This document shows positions 18,118 to 28,114 of a DNA stretch of 64,000 bases, one piece after another. Below the pieces are notes generated by a model. That model made no database searches. It was given only the letters and a program-made list of their open reading frames with translations, and was not told the DNA's origin. The DNA comes from Candidatus Multivoradales bacterium (lineage in GTDB: Bacteria; Acidobacteriota; Thermoanaerobaculia; Multivoradales; JAHEKO01). The stretch lies in contig CBDCXM010000009.1 in assembly GCA_965223855.1 (NCBI GenBank), positions 320,001 through 384,000 of the forward strand, written 5' to 3'. Position 1 is the stretch's first letter, and each line of letters starts with the position of its first letter. The translations under genes were made by a program, and so were the position numbers.

Positions 18118-19068
18118 TCACTCGGCAAGACTCAGGCCGAGACGACGGCATCGCGCCCGTGCGCCAGCGGCTTGAGCAGCCCGTAGACGGTCTCGGCCAC
18201 CGGCACTGGAGACAGCCGCCCGCCGCGCCCGGCGTACCAGCTCTCCCTGGAGCGACTCGAGTTCCGTCGGCTTGCCGAGCGAGATGTCGTGGTGGAGCGA
18301 CGACCGGAGGCCGGGCTCGGTGTCGAGGGCGAACTGCACGTGACCGGCGAGCCGTTCCTCCGACAGGGCGGCACCTTCGGCCCTCGCGACGGCCGCCGCT
18401 TCGTCGAGCAACGCGCGGTAGACACCGAACGCCTCCGGCTCGGCGCGAATCTCGCCCATCGTCAGGCGCGAGAGAGCGGTCACCCCGGAAGCGGCGCAGA
18501 TGAAGGCGAACTTGCTCCACAGGTCGCTGCGGATGTCCTCCGAGAGGGTCGCCTCGATGCCCGCGCTCCCGAAGGCCGTCAGAAGGGCCCGGCCGCGCTC
18601 GCTCGACCCGCCGCCCATCTCGCCGAAGATCAGCGTCGCCGGGCCGGCGATGTGCCGCACGAGGCCCGGCTCGTCGATCGTCGCCAGCAGGTAGACGAGC
18701 CCTCCGAGGACGCGCCCTTCGCCGACCGCGTCCGCCAGCAGTTCCTCGTTGCCGAGCCCGTTCTGGAGCGATACGACGACGGTCTCGGCACCGATCAGCG
18801 GCACGATCGCGGGCAGCACGTCGGCGGTGTGCTGCGACTTGACCGCTACCAGCACCGCTGCCACCGGCCCGACCTCGTCGGTCTCGGAGGTTGCCGACAC
18901 CGTGAGCTCGAGGTCGCCCAGGAGACTCTCGAGCCGGAGGCCCTTCGTCCGCAGCGCTTCGAGATGAGACCCGGGGCGGCCGACGAAGTGCACTTCGTGC
19001 CCCGCGCCCTGCAACCGCGCTCCGAAGTAGCCGCCGACACCGCCCGGTCCCACGACGGCGAACTTCAT
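18118..19068 (-). CDS. panE: Ketopantoate reductase family protein, apparent frameshift near the 3' end
   Basis: VVGPGGVGG, VKS, SLQNG, W-S-K-F, SSL, TELE motifs. The family-like C-terminus PVPVAETVYGLLKP lies in another frame ending at 18132. Confidence 0.82.
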   Translation of the reverse strand: MKFAVVGPGGVGGYFGARLQGAGHEVHFVGRPGSHLEALRTKGLRLESLLGDLELTVSATSETDEVGPVAAVLVAVKSQHTADVLPAIVPLIGAETVVVSLQNGLGNEELLADAVGEGRVLGGLVYLLATIDEPGLVRHIAGPATLIFGEMGGGSSERGRALLTAFGSAGIEATLSEDIRSDLWSKFAFICAASGVTALSRLTMGEIRAEPEAFGVYRALLDEAAAVARAEGAALSEERLAGHVQFALDTEPGLRSSLHHDISLGKPTELESLQGELVRRARRAAVSSAGGRDRLRAAQAAGARARCRRLGLSLAE

Positions 19069-19281
19069 CGGCATCTCCTCCGACAGGGCACGACTTCGTC
19101 CGATCGGTTCACGGGCGAAGCGTATCCGAGCCTCCCGGAAGCGAGCGGCTCGCGCTCGATCGGACGCCCTCAGCGAAGGATTCCGGCCGCACGAACATCT
19201 CTCAAGGGTGTGACCCAGCGCCCCGTCCGGAAGCGGCGCTTCAGCCAACACCCCCGAATGAACCCGAGAGGAGCCCACAAG

Positions 19282-20283
19282 ATGAAAGCCCGAAACCGAG
19301 CGAAGCGCCTGGCCGTGACGACGCTACTCGCCCTCTTCATCCTGCCCGCGATCGTCAGCGCCGCAACGCCCTGCAAACAGACCTCGCTCGCCATGCGCAA
19401 GAGCTGCAAGAACGAGGCGCGCGAGGAGTACTGGGTCGAGGTCGGGATCTGCCGCAACGTCGACCCTGCCGACGAACCGCAGTGCCTCGCCGACGCGCTG
19501 GCGGCGAAGGACGAGGCGCTCGAGGAGTGCACCGACGTCTACCGCTCGCGCAACAAGCTGTGCCACGACCTCGACGAGGATCGCTACGACCCCGACTTCG
19601 ACCCGGCCGACTTCACCGACGTCTTCGACAACCGCAACGACTACCTGCCGATCGCCGTCGGCAATCGCTGGGTCTACGAGGGCGAGGACGAGACGATCAC
19701 CGTCGAGGTGCTCGACCAGACGAAGCTGATCGAAGACGTCACCTGCATCGTCGTCAACGACCTGGTGGAAGGGGAGGAAGCGATCGAGGACACCGACGAC
19801 TGGTTCGCGCAGGCCACCAACGGCGACGTTCACTACTGCGGTGAGATCTCGCGCGACTTCGAGATCTTCGAGGACGACGACCCGGCGCTGCCGGAGCTGG
19901 TGGCGATCGACGGCTCCTTCAAGGCGGGCCGCGACGGCTCCAAGTCGGGCATCCTGATGTTCGACTTCCCGCAGGTGGGGACGTACTACCGCCAGGAGTG
20001 GGCGCTCGGCGAGGCGGAGGACGCCGCCGTCGTCATGTCCAACAACTACTCCTACGGCGACGATCCCGATCTCGACGCCTTCGTGCCGCAGGACCTCGCC
20101 GACGCGATGTGCGATGACGACTGCGTCGTCACGCGCGACTACACGCCGCACGATCCCGGCGAGTACGAGCTCAAGTACTACGCTCCCGGCGTCGGCCTCT
20201 TCCTCGAGACCAAGCCCGAGGACGGTGAGGTCGTCGAGATCGTCGAGTGCAATCTCGGCGGGCGCTGCAACGACATCCCCTAG
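19282..20283 (+). CDS. Secreted acidic Cys-rich hypothetical protein
   Basis: GAGGAG RBS, signal peptide, Cys-spaced helical N-domain, then NDYLP..GNRWVYEG / DWFAQ / YYRQEW / KYYAPGVG domain. Confidence 0.8.
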   Translation: MKARNRAKRLAVTTLLALFILPAIVSAATPCKQTSLAMRKSCKNEAREEYWVEVGICRNVDPADEPQCLADALAAKDEALEECTDVYRSRNKLCHDLDEDRYDPDFDPADFTDVFDNRNDYLPIAVGNRWVYEGEDETITVEVLDQTKLIEDVTCIVVNDLVEGEEAIEDTDDWFAQATNGDVHYCGEISRDFEIFEDDDPALPELVAIDGSFKAGRDGSKSGILMFDFPQVGTYYRQEWALGEAEDAAVVMSNNYSYGDDPDLDAFVPQDLADAMCDDDCVVTRDYTPHDPGEYELKYYAPGVGLFLETKPEDGEVVEIVECNLGGRCNDIP

Positions 20284-20335
20284 CGGGACTGGTCCGACGG
20301 TACTCGGGCCTGCATCCCCCGAGACGGATCGGACA

Positions 20336-20368
20336 GCGGCGCCGGCGGTTGCCGGCGCCGCCCTTTTT
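20336..20368 (+). terminator. Rho-independent terminator
   Basis: Perfect 11-bp stem GCGGCGCCGGC-GGTT-GCCGGCGCCGC followed by CCTTTTT. Confidence 0.85.
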
Positions 20369-21936
20369 CATTTCCGGTCGGCGGCGCCGCGAGCGAGGTC
20401 TCGCTGGCGACCGACGTCGGGGACCCTCAACTCCCGCTCGCCACGGAAGCGCGTCAGCAGGGCCTCGGACAGTCTCTCGTGGCTGACCCGGACCCTCTCG
20501 CCGGCCGCCAGCATCGCGTAGCCGTCTCCGCCGTTCGCCAGGAACTGGCTCGAGGCCACGGTGTAGAGGCGGTCGGGATCGAGCGGTTCGCCACCGACGC
20601 TTACCTCCTGCAACCGCTCTCCCGCCGGACGTCGCGAGTCGTAGGTCGTCTCGACCCCGGAGGCCTGAGCCAGTCCGTAGTGGAGGGCGTAGCCGTACTC
20701 GAGCAGCTCGTGCAACGCGCGGCCGTCGATCCGCGTTACGACGTAGGGGCCGATGAAGGGGTAGACGTTGAGGACCTCCTCGACCGTGATCTCCCCGGGA
20801 TTGAAGTCGGCCCGCAGGCTGCCCGAGTTGAAGATCGCGACGTCGACCCCCGAAGCCTCGCGAAGGGTGTCGGCGAGCAGGTTGCCGAGGTTCGATTCCC
20901 GGTAGTAACGGCGGAACGCCAGGCGATCGATCGACGCGACGACCTCCGTGAGTTCCGGATGCGCGTCCCGCGCCCGCCGGATCGCGTCGCGGGTCGCAGC
21001 GTCGGCCGGAAGATCCTCCGCCGCCACCGGCAGCAGCTCACCCTCCTCCAAAGTGACCGTTCCTTCCTCGACCGCGAGCCGCATCCGGCCGAGGTACTTC
21101 CCCTGACCGAAGGTGAGGCCGACGAGGGTTCCGGTGACAGGGTGGCGCGCCGGCTCCCACAGACCGTGGTCGGAGTGGCCGCCCAGGATGACGTCGACGC
21201 CGCGCAGCGTGCCGGCCATCGCCCAGTCCTCGTCGAACCCGCGCTGCACCTCCGGGTCGGCCTCCTTGTCGGTTTGCATCGGTGCCGTGCGGTTCTGGTG
21301 GGTCAGCACGACCACCAGATCGACCTCCCCCCGGAGCGCGTCGACCCACTGCTGGACGATCGGCGTCGGATCGCGCACCTCCAGCCCCTCGACGTGGGCC
21401 GGGTTGATCGCGTTGACGAAGGCGTCGACCCCCATCGCGCCGACGACGCCGACGCGGAACCCTTCCTTTTCGAGGATGGTGTAGGCGCGGGTGAACGGGA
21501 TGTCGGCCCCGGCGTAGAAGACGTTCGCGCACAGCACCGGGAAGCGCGCCCGCTGGTGGACCCGCCACAAGCTCTCCCAGCCGTACTCGAACTCGTGATT
21601 GCCGAGGTTGACGGCGTCGTAGCCCATCAGGCCGTAGAGGTCGAACGGCAGGCGGCCCTCGGTCGCCTGCGACAGCGCCCCGGTGTAGATGTCGCCCGCA
21701 TCGAAGAGGAAGCTCAGCTCCTCCTCTTCCCTGGTCTTCGCGATCAACGTCGCGAGGTGCGGGATGCCCCCGATCGCCTCGACCTGCGGGTCCCAGAACG
21801 CCTCGACCGGCTCGTAGACGCTCTCGATGTCGTTCGTATAGAGCAGCGTCACGGTCCGCGGCTCCGCCACCAGAGCGCTCGAGACGAGACCGACGAGGGC
21901 GGCGGTCAGCGCCCACCGAGGAAGCGGGACGGTCAC
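20368..21936 (-). CDS. Secreted bifunctional metallophosphatase / 5'-nucleotidase
   Basis: TND, DAGD, GNHEFEYG, GGHS; C-domain ESNLGNLLAD, NSGSLR, FLANGGDGY. Confidence 0.9.
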   Translation of the reverse strand: MTVPLPRWALTAALVGLVSSALVAEPRTVTLLYTNDIESVYEPVEAFWDPQVEAIGGIPHLATLIAKTREEEELSFLFDAGDIYTGALSQATEGRLPFDLYGLMGYDAVNLGNHEFEYGWESLWRVHQRARFPVLCANVFYAGADIPFTRAYTILEKEGFRVGVVGAMGVDAFVNAINPAHVEGLEVRDPTPIVQQWVDALRGEVDLVVVLTHQNRTAPMQTDKEADPEVQRGFDEDWAMAGTLRGVDVILGGHSDHGLWEPARHPVTGTLVGLTFGQGKYLGRMRLAVEEGTVTLEEGELLPVAAEDLPADAATRDAIRRARDAHPELTEVVASIDRLAFRRYYRESNLGNLLADTLREASGVDVAIFNSGSLRADFNPGEITVEEVLNVYPFIGPYVVTRIDGRALHELLEYGYALHYGLAQASGVETTYDSRRPAGERLQEVSVGGEPLDPDRLYTVASSQFLANGGDGYAMLAAGERVRVSHERLSEALLTRFRGERELRVPDVGRQRDLARGAADRK

Positions 21937-23528
21937 TCGCTCGCCCGACCTAGCCTTCCGTAGCTCGCCGCCTCGCCTTCGGCCGGCGTCGTCGCCTCGA
22001 TGAACTCCCTCAGGTGCTGGTTGGAGGTCTCGAGATCCTCGCGGCGCAAGTACATCATGTGCCCGCTTTCGTACCCCTCGAAACTCAGCCGTTCGCGCAA
22101 TCGACCGCTACGATCGAGATTCCACAGCACGTACTTGGCGGTGAAGTAGTCGGTGGCACCGTCGTAGTAGCCCGACTGGACCAGGACCTGGAGGAACGGG
22201 TTCTGCGCCATAGCGCGGCGCAGCTCCTCGGCGACGTCGTGCTCGCCGCGCCCCTCCCACGGCCGCACCGGGCCGAACAGGTTGTACTGGAGATCGGTCT
22301 CGAAGCCGAGCTCCTCGCGCAGGTAGTGGTTGATCGCCGGGGCGAAGGCGTGGTTCCACGAGGTGAGCTCCGGCGAGTAGTCGTAGCGCTCGCCAGCCGC
22401 CTTGCGGTCGATGCCGAGGTAGCGCGAGTCGAGCCGCCCGATGGTGAAGCCCTCGTCGCGCAGCAGCTCCTTCCAGAACGCCGACACCGGGATCGCCAGG
22501 TTGTGGTCGAGCACGAAGCGCTCCGAGACCCCGGCGTAGCGGGCGACCTGGCGGGCGATCTCGTCGCGCTCGCCCTCTTCGAGGAAACCGCCGCGCGCCA
22601 GCGCCGGCAGGTACTGATCGAGGGTGAAGGTCTCCGCCTGCTCCATCAGCGCGTGGAGATCGAGATTCTGGAGGTCGTCGTCGAGCTGGCCGTGGTAGTG
22701 AGCCGCGGCGGCGTAGTAGGGAAGCTTCAGGACCGAGGAGCGCGGCGCCGGACCCTCGGCCTCCATGCCGAGGCCGGTCGGCGAGACGAGGATCACGCCG
22801 TTGAGATACATCCAGTGACGCTCCTGGAGCTCGGCCGCGAGGCCGGAGACCCTCGTCGTGCCGTAGCTCTCGCCGATCAGGTATTTGGGCGAGCGCCAGC
22901 GTCCCTGGCGCGAGACGAAGACGTCGATCCAGTCGGCAAGGTAGGTGATGTCCGCCTCGACGCCGAAGAACGTCTCGCGATCGACCTCCGGGTCGAGCAC
23001 CCGCGAGAAGCCGGTGTTGGCCGGGTTGACGTAGACGATGTCGGCCACATCCAGCAGCGAGTACGGGTTGTCGCGCACACCGTACGGCTGGACAGGGAAG
23101 CCCTCGTCGTCGATCACCAGCACCTTGGGGCTGGTGTAGCCGAGATGCATCCACAGCGAGCCCGACCCGGGGCCGCCGTTGAACGAGACGAAGAGCGGCC
23201 TGCGGGTGTCGTCGGCGACGTCGCTGCGGCGGTAGTAGGTGTAGTGGAGCGCCGCGATGGTCGCGCCGTCCTCGCCGTAGACCGGCTGGGTCCCGGTGGT
23301 GACCTCGTAAGGCACCCGCCGGCCGAGGATCTCGACGGTCGCCGCCCTGGTCAGCGCGGTGTCGGCGGGGAGCTTGCGCTCTGGGAGGCTCTCCATCGGC
23401 GACTCGGCGCCCTTCATGCTCTCCTTGTCGTCCTCCGCAGCCGGCAGAGGGCTTCCGGTCAGGAAGGTGGCGGCGAGCAGAACGGCGCTCCACGAGCGCC
23501 GCAGCGAGAAAGCGCGTTCGTGCGACAT
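21933..23528 (-). CDS. S10 family serine carboxypeptidase
   Basis: FNGGPGSGS, GESYG, GYYDGAT, YESGHMMY; signal peptide. Confidence 0.92.
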   Translation of the reverse strand: MSHERAFSLRRSWSAVLLAATFLTGSPLPAAEDDKESMKGAESPMESLPERKLPADTALTRAATVEILGRRVPYEVTTGTQPVYGEDGATIAALHYTYYRRSDVADDTRRPLFVSFNGGPGSGSLWMHLGYTSPKVLVIDDEGFPVQPYGVRDNPYSLLDVADIVYVNPANTGFSRVLDPEVDRETFFGVEADITYLADWIDVFVSRQGRWRSPKYLIGESYGTTRVSGLAAELQERHWMYLNGVILVSPTGLGMEAEGPAPRSSVLKLPYYAAAAHYHGQLDDDLQNLDLHALMEQAETFTLDQYLPALARGGFLEEGERDEIARQVARYAGVSERFVLDHNLAIPVSAFWKELLRDEGFTIGRLDSRYLGIDRKAAGERYDYSPELTSWNHAFAPAINHYLREELGFETDLQYNLFGPVRPWEGRGEHDVAEELRRAMAQNPFLQVLVQSGYYDGATDYFTAKYVLWNLDRSGRLRERLSFEGYESGHMMYLRREDLETSNQHLREFIEATTPAEGEAASYGRLGRASE

Positions 23529-23625
23529 GGGACCTCCTTTGGAAGAGTCGAGCGCAACCTAGCACGCGGCAGGAAGGGCTAGACTCCCCCGACTCCGACG
23601 AGCCGACTCCGACGAACCGACCCCG

Positions 23626-24516
23626 ATGAACCCTCCCCACCCGCATCGCTCCGCGCTCCCCGGCCAGGCCTCCGATCACCGAGCCTCGGGCCGAAGTCGA
23701 TGGCGGCGCTACGTCGCCCTCGGCGACAGCTTCGCCGAAGGATTGGACGATCCTGACGGCAACGGCGGCTTCCACGGCTGGGCGGACCGGCTCGCGGCGC
23801 AGCTGGCCTTCGGCGAGGACGGCGTGCGCTACGCCAACCTCGCCATCCGCGGCCGGCGTACCCGCCGCATCCTCGACGAGCAGCTCGCCCCGGCGATCGC
23901 CCTAAAGCCCGACCTCGTGACGCTGTCGTGCGGCACCAACGACGTCGTAGCGCGGCGCTTCGACCTCGAGACGGTCGCGACCGACATCGAGCGGCTTCAT
24001 GCGGAGATCGCCGCGACCGGCGCCACCCTGGTCGCCTTCACCCTGCCGGACCTGTCACCGATCATGCTGCTCGGCCGCCTCGTCGCGCCCCGGGTTCGGG
24101 CGCTCAACGAGGCGATCCGCGAGATCTCCCGGCGCAGCGGCGCCCGGCTGCTCGACTTCGATCCCTATCCGATCGTCGGCGATCCGCGGATGTGGAGCGC
24201 CGATCGACTGCACGCCAACAGCGCCGGCCACCGGCGGATCGCGGGGGCGATCGCCCACCTCCTCGATCTTCCCGACAGCAACGAGAGCTGGGCAGAGCCG
24301 CTCCCCGAGGTTGCCGCCCCATCCGCTGCACGCCGTCTCGCCCTGGAAGCCCGCTGGGCCTCGGACTACCTCATTCCATGGTGGTGGCGCCATCTGCGAG
24401 GTCGTTCGTCGGGTGACAGCGTCGTGGCCAAGCGGGCGACCCTGGAGACGGTGAAGGGCACCCCACTCGAAGCGCTCGTCGGCGCGGAAGGCAACCGCGA
24501 CGCGCAGCTGGCGTAG
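23626..24516 (+). CDS. SGNH/GDSL hydrolase
   Basis: ALGDSFAEG, NLAIRG, GTND, DRLHANSAGH. Confidence 0.9.
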   Translation: MNPPHPHRSALPGQASDHRASGRSRWRRYVALGDSFAEGLDDPDGNGGFHGWADRLAAQLAFGEDGVRYANLAIRGRRTRRILDEQLAPAIALKPDLVTLSCGTNDVVARRFDLETVATDIERLHAEIAATGATLVAFTLPDLSPIMLLGRLVAPRVRALNEAIREISRRSGARLLDFDPYPIVGDPRMWSADRLHANSAGHRRIAGAIAHLLDLPDSNESWAEPLPEVAAPSAARRLALEARWASDYLIPWWWRHLRGRSSGDSVVAKRATLETVKGTPLEALVGAEGNRDAQLA

Positions 24517-24527
24517 TTCATCTTCGA

Positions 24528-25280
24528 ATGGAGACGCTTCCGGTCCACTGGGACCACCTCCTTGTCGCCGTAGTGGCGGTCGCGCTGCCGCTCTACTCGA
24601 ACCTCACCTGGCAGGCCACCCGGCGGGCGATCGAGAGTCGCGGCGAGCCGGCGCGAGTCGCCTTCTATCGCGAGGAGGCCTGCTGGCAGCTCGCCGTCTC
24701 GCTCGCGATCGCGATCCGCTGGGCCGCTGCCGGTCGCAAGTGGTCCGAGCTCGGCCTCGGCCCTCTCGCCGGCGGACCGTGGGCGCTGCTCGCGCTGGCC
24801 GTCGTCGTTGCCGTCGTCGCGTTCCTTTGGCGTCAGTACCGGGCGGTCCACGGCGGGCGGGCGGACCTGTCGCAGGTCGCGGAGCAGCTCGACCAGCTCG
24901 GCCCCCTGCTGCCCGACACGCCTATCGAGCGCTCCTGGTACAAGGCCGTATCGGTCGGTGCCGGTGTCGCCGAGGAGCTCTTCTGGCGCGGCTTCATGCT
25001 CTGGTACCTCACCCCATGGCTCGGCCTCGGTTGGAGCGCGGTGGTCTCCGCCGTCGCGTTCACCCTGCTCCACCTCTATCAGGGGTGGAAACAACTCCCG
25101 GGGGTCGCTGTCGGCTCGACCGTCGCCACGGTGCTGAGACTCGCCACCGGCACCGTTTGGGTGCCGATGCTCCTCCACGCCGCCGGGGATTGGTTCCAGG
25201 GGCTTACCGCTGCGGAAGCGCGACGACAGCTCACCTCGACCGCAGCGGCTGAGCAGGTCGAGACTCCGGTCACCCGGTAG
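24528..25280 (+). CDS. CPBP (CAAX/Abi) intramembrane metalloprotease
   Basis: EELFWRG, FTLLHLYQG, PMLLHAAGD; multiple TMs. Confidence 0.88.
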   Translation: METLPVHWDHLLVAVVAVALPLYSNLTWQATRRAIESRGEPARVAFYREEACWQLAVSLAIAIRWAAAGRKWSELGLGPLAGGPWALLALAVVVAVVAFLWRQYRAVHGGRADLSQVAEQLDQLGPLLPDTPIERSWYKAVSVGAGVAEELFWRGFMLWYLTPWLGLGWSAVVSAVAFTLLHLYQGWKQLPGVAVGSTVATVLRLATGTVWVPMLLHAAGDWFQGLTAAEARRQLTSTAAAEQVETPVTR

Positions 25281-25404
25281 TCACCCTTCACCCTGCTCGC
25301 GGGCCTCGAGGGGCTCGGCCTGCGTCCGAGTACACTCAGGTATCGGACGGAAGTGCACCGAAACGACGACTGCCGTCGGCTACAGAGGCAGAAGCAACCC
25401 GGGA

Positions 25405-26706
25405 GTGGCTCGATTGGAGAAGGACGAGTCCTTCATCGGTCGCCGAGGCGCCTGGTCGGGCCGAGTTCGCAAGACGATACCGGCGCTCTTCGCTGCCCTT
25501 CTGATCGGCTCCGCAGCCGCCGCGCTACCGCCAGGTACTGCCCGGAACTGGTCCGAAGACCTCGACCAGTACGCCCGAGTCCTCGAGGAGAGGCACATCG
25601 ACCTCTACCACGCGGTGCCCAAGGCTGAGTTCCTCTCGGAGGTCGAAGCTCTCAAGGCGAGACTCCACGAGTTCGACGACGTCGAGGTCGTCGTCGAACT
25701 GATGCGGCTGACCCGTCGCGTCGGAGACGGCCACACCGCCATTCCGCTCTGGGACCGCGACTACCAGCGCTTCCCTTTCGAGGTCGTCTACCTCGACGGA
25801 CAGGTCCTCGTCGTCGGAGCGTCGACGAAGCACCGGGGCCTGCTCGGCGCCCGACTCATCTCGATCGACGGCCATCCGGTTCGAGAGATCGCCGATGCAC
25901 TCTCCGGAGTGGTTCCGTTCGTCGAGAACCCCTACTCGGAGAGGATTCGGGTAGGCGGGTACTTCATGCTCGCCGACCTCCTCCATGCCCTCGGGATGAC
26001 GGCCGAGAAGGGCCGCGCCGAGTTCGTCTTCGATCTCGAAGACGGGTCGACGACCCTCCGAGTCGACGCCAGGGCACCTGGCGACCTCGGCATCGACCAG
26101 GCTACGCGCCTCAGCCTCCAGAGCTTCGAGGAGCACCACGAGATCGCAAGGGGTGGACCCGGCGCCTGGGCCTCGTCCCTGGACGCGGGCAGGACGGTGT
26201 TCGTCTACCTGAAGCGGTATCCCGACGCGGACGCCTTCGATCGCTTCGGCCAGACCGTCGTCGACTTCATCGACGAGAATCAGTCCACAAACCTGATCAT
26301 CGATCTCCGCGACAGCTACGGCGGAGACTTCTTCTCCGGTCTGAACTTCGCGTCATGGCTCGTCACGGCAGACTCGATCGACTGGCGGTCCGGGGTCTAC
26401 ACCCTGATCGGTCACCGGACGTTCTCCGCCGCGATGAGCAACAGCGTGCAGTTCCGTCAGATCCTCAACGCACGGCTTGTCGGCCAACCGACCGGCGCGC
26501 GACCGTGCGGGTATCAGGACGGCGGCTCCTTCCATCTCGATCACTCGGGGCTTCTGGTCCTGTACTCGAAGCGCCGCTACTGCTTCGAGGACACCCATGC
26601 TCCTGCCGTGACGCCGAGCGTCTCGATCCCCCTCCGCCTCGAGGACTATCTGACGGGACGCGACCGGGTCATGGAGTGGGTGCTGGAGGACATCGGCAGG
26701 CGATAG
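25405..26706 (+). CDS. S41 peptidase-like secreted protein
   Basis: GDGHT, LIIDLRDSYGG, TFSAA, LVGQPTG. Start uncertain. Confidence 0.8.
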   Translation: MARLEKDESFIGRRGAWSGRVRKTIPALFAALLIGSAAAALPPGTARNWSEDLDQYARVLEERHIDLYHAVPKAEFLSEVEALKARLHEFDDVEVVVELMRLTRRVGDGHTAIPLWDRDYQRFPFEVVYLDGQVLVVGASTKHRGLLGARLISIDGHPVREIADALSGVVPFVENPYSERIRVGGYFMLADLLHALGMTAEKGRAEFVFDLEDGSTTLRVDARAPGDLGIDQATRLSLQSFEEHHEIARGGPGAWASSLDAGRTVFVYLKRYPDADAFDRFGQTVVDFIDENQSTNLIIDLRDSYGGDFFSGLNFASWLVTADSIDWRSGVYTLIGHRTFSAAMSNSVQFRQILNARLVGQPTGARPCGYQDGGSFHLDHSGLLVLYSKRRYCFEDTHAPAVTPSVSIPLRLEDYLTGRDRVMEWVLEDIGRR

Positions 26707-26776
26707 GAGTCCCTGCAGGACCGGCTCGTCCTCTGTCCCACGCGGCCACGTCGAGGTCGGGGCCGTTCGCCCCGGG

Positions 26777-27979
26777 CTAGCTCGACGGGAGCGCCGATTC
26801 GATCGCGCGACGGATCTTCTCCGCCCGATCGGGCGACGCCCCCAGCTCCTTGTAGACCAGCCTCCCGGACGGATCGACGACCGCAACGCCCGGCTGCCAG
26901 GGTAGATCGAGAGCGCGTGCCAGCTCCTCTCCTCCGAGCAGCAGCGGATAGGGAGCCTCGACTTCGCGCCAGTACGCCTGCGGATCTCCGGTCTCGAAGA
27001 CGTTCACGCCGAGGAAGGTGACCGGCTGGTCGGCGAGCGAAGCCGCGAGACGACGGGTGTCGGGCCCCATCGAACGGCACAGCAGGCACCACGTGTTCCA
27101 GAAGTCGAGCACGACCACCCGCCCCCGAAGCGATGCCAGATCGATGCGCTCGCCGTCGGGGGTCGCGAGATCGAAGCCGGGGGCGCGCGCACCGAGAGCG
27201 CTGCCGACCACGGCCTCCACCGGGCCACCCCCGGAGGCGACCGGACTCAGCCGGAAGAGATCGCGCGGCAGGTCGGCCTCCGCGTTCACTCCCGACAGAG
27301 AGAAGGTCATGGCCGGCGTGGTCGATCCCCCCGGCCAGTACCCGCGCAGGGGGAGCAGGGAATCGCGTCCGATGGCCCACTCGACGGACGAAGGGGCTCC
27401 GCCGTCGGGCCGCATCTCTACCCGGATCACGTCGCACACCTCACCGTCCACCGTGTCGACGCCGACGACCACGCTCGTCGAGGTCGGAGCCAGCTCCTTC
27501 CAGAAGGGTTGCGCCTCGATGAACTCGGGCAGAAAGCCGTAGACGGCGGTGGCTGCGAGCCGGTTGGCGCCGTCGCCGACCGGCGCCGTCCGCACCACCC
27601 CATCGTCGCCCTCGGTCGCCCAGGCGTTCTCGCCGTCGACCGCATAGGCGAACCGTCTCTCTTCGATGCCGAACTCCGGCTGCGCGTGGACCGTGCCTTC
27701 GACGCGGTACCAGCTGTCGGCGGCGTCGGTGCGCCGCATCATGCGGGTGGTGCCGGTGAGAAACCCGGTCGGATCCTCTGGGCCACCCCACTGGAAGTCG
27801 TAGGAGACCGCCGGCGTGGCAAGGATCGCTGCCGCGGAAGCGCGGAGGAGATGTTCCGCCGAATCCTCCATGGCCGAGGCGGCCGGCTCCCGCTGGGAGC
27901 AGCCGGTCAAAGCCAGGGCTACCGAAAGCAGGAGGGCGAACCGCTCGATGCGACGTCGTGCGTGCCTCACGGCACTCAT
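26777..27979 (-). CDS. Lipoprotein with LolA-like N-domain and TlpA/ResA-type thioredoxin domain
   Basis: Lipobox LTGC; APGFDL, LRGRVVVLDFWNTWCLLC, W-Q-P cis-Pro region. The LolA-like fold is inferred. Confidence 0.8.
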   Translation of the reverse strand: MSAVRHARRRIERFALLLSVALALTGCSQREPAASAMEDSAEHLLRASAAAILATPAVSYDFQWGGPEDPTGFLTGTTRMMRRTDAADSWYRVEGTVHAQPEFGIEERRFAYAVDGENAWATEGDDGVVRTAPVGDGANRLAATAVYGFLPEFIEAQPFWKELAPTSTSVVVGVDTVDGEVCDVIRVEMRPDGGAPSSVEWAIGRDSLLPLRGYWPGGSTTPAMTFSLSGVNAEADLPRDLFRLSPVASGGGPVEAVVGSALGARAPGFDLATPDGERIDLASLRGRVVVLDFWNTWCLLCRSMGPDTRRLAASLADQPVTFLGVNVFETGDPQAYWREVEAPYPLLLGGEELARALDLPWQPGVAVVDPSGRLVYKELGASPDRAEKIRRAIESALPSS

Positions 27980-28114
27980 CCTAGAACGAGGCCGCAGAGA
28001 CTTCGGTCGAAGTTCTCGGAACTTTCCCCTCCGAGGTCGCGTACTCAACTACAGAGCAGCAGTTGTGCTGACACCGCCGGCGGCTGGGAGACCGCCACGA
28101 AAAGGGTCGAGACA

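Noticed and set aside
23589-23620. CCGACTCCGACGA direct repeat as a CRISPR or operator
   Set aside because: Only two short GC-rich copies, no spacers and no cas genes.
24528-25280. 'Abi' protease as abortive infection
   Set aside because: The CPBP family name is historical, and there is no supporting context.
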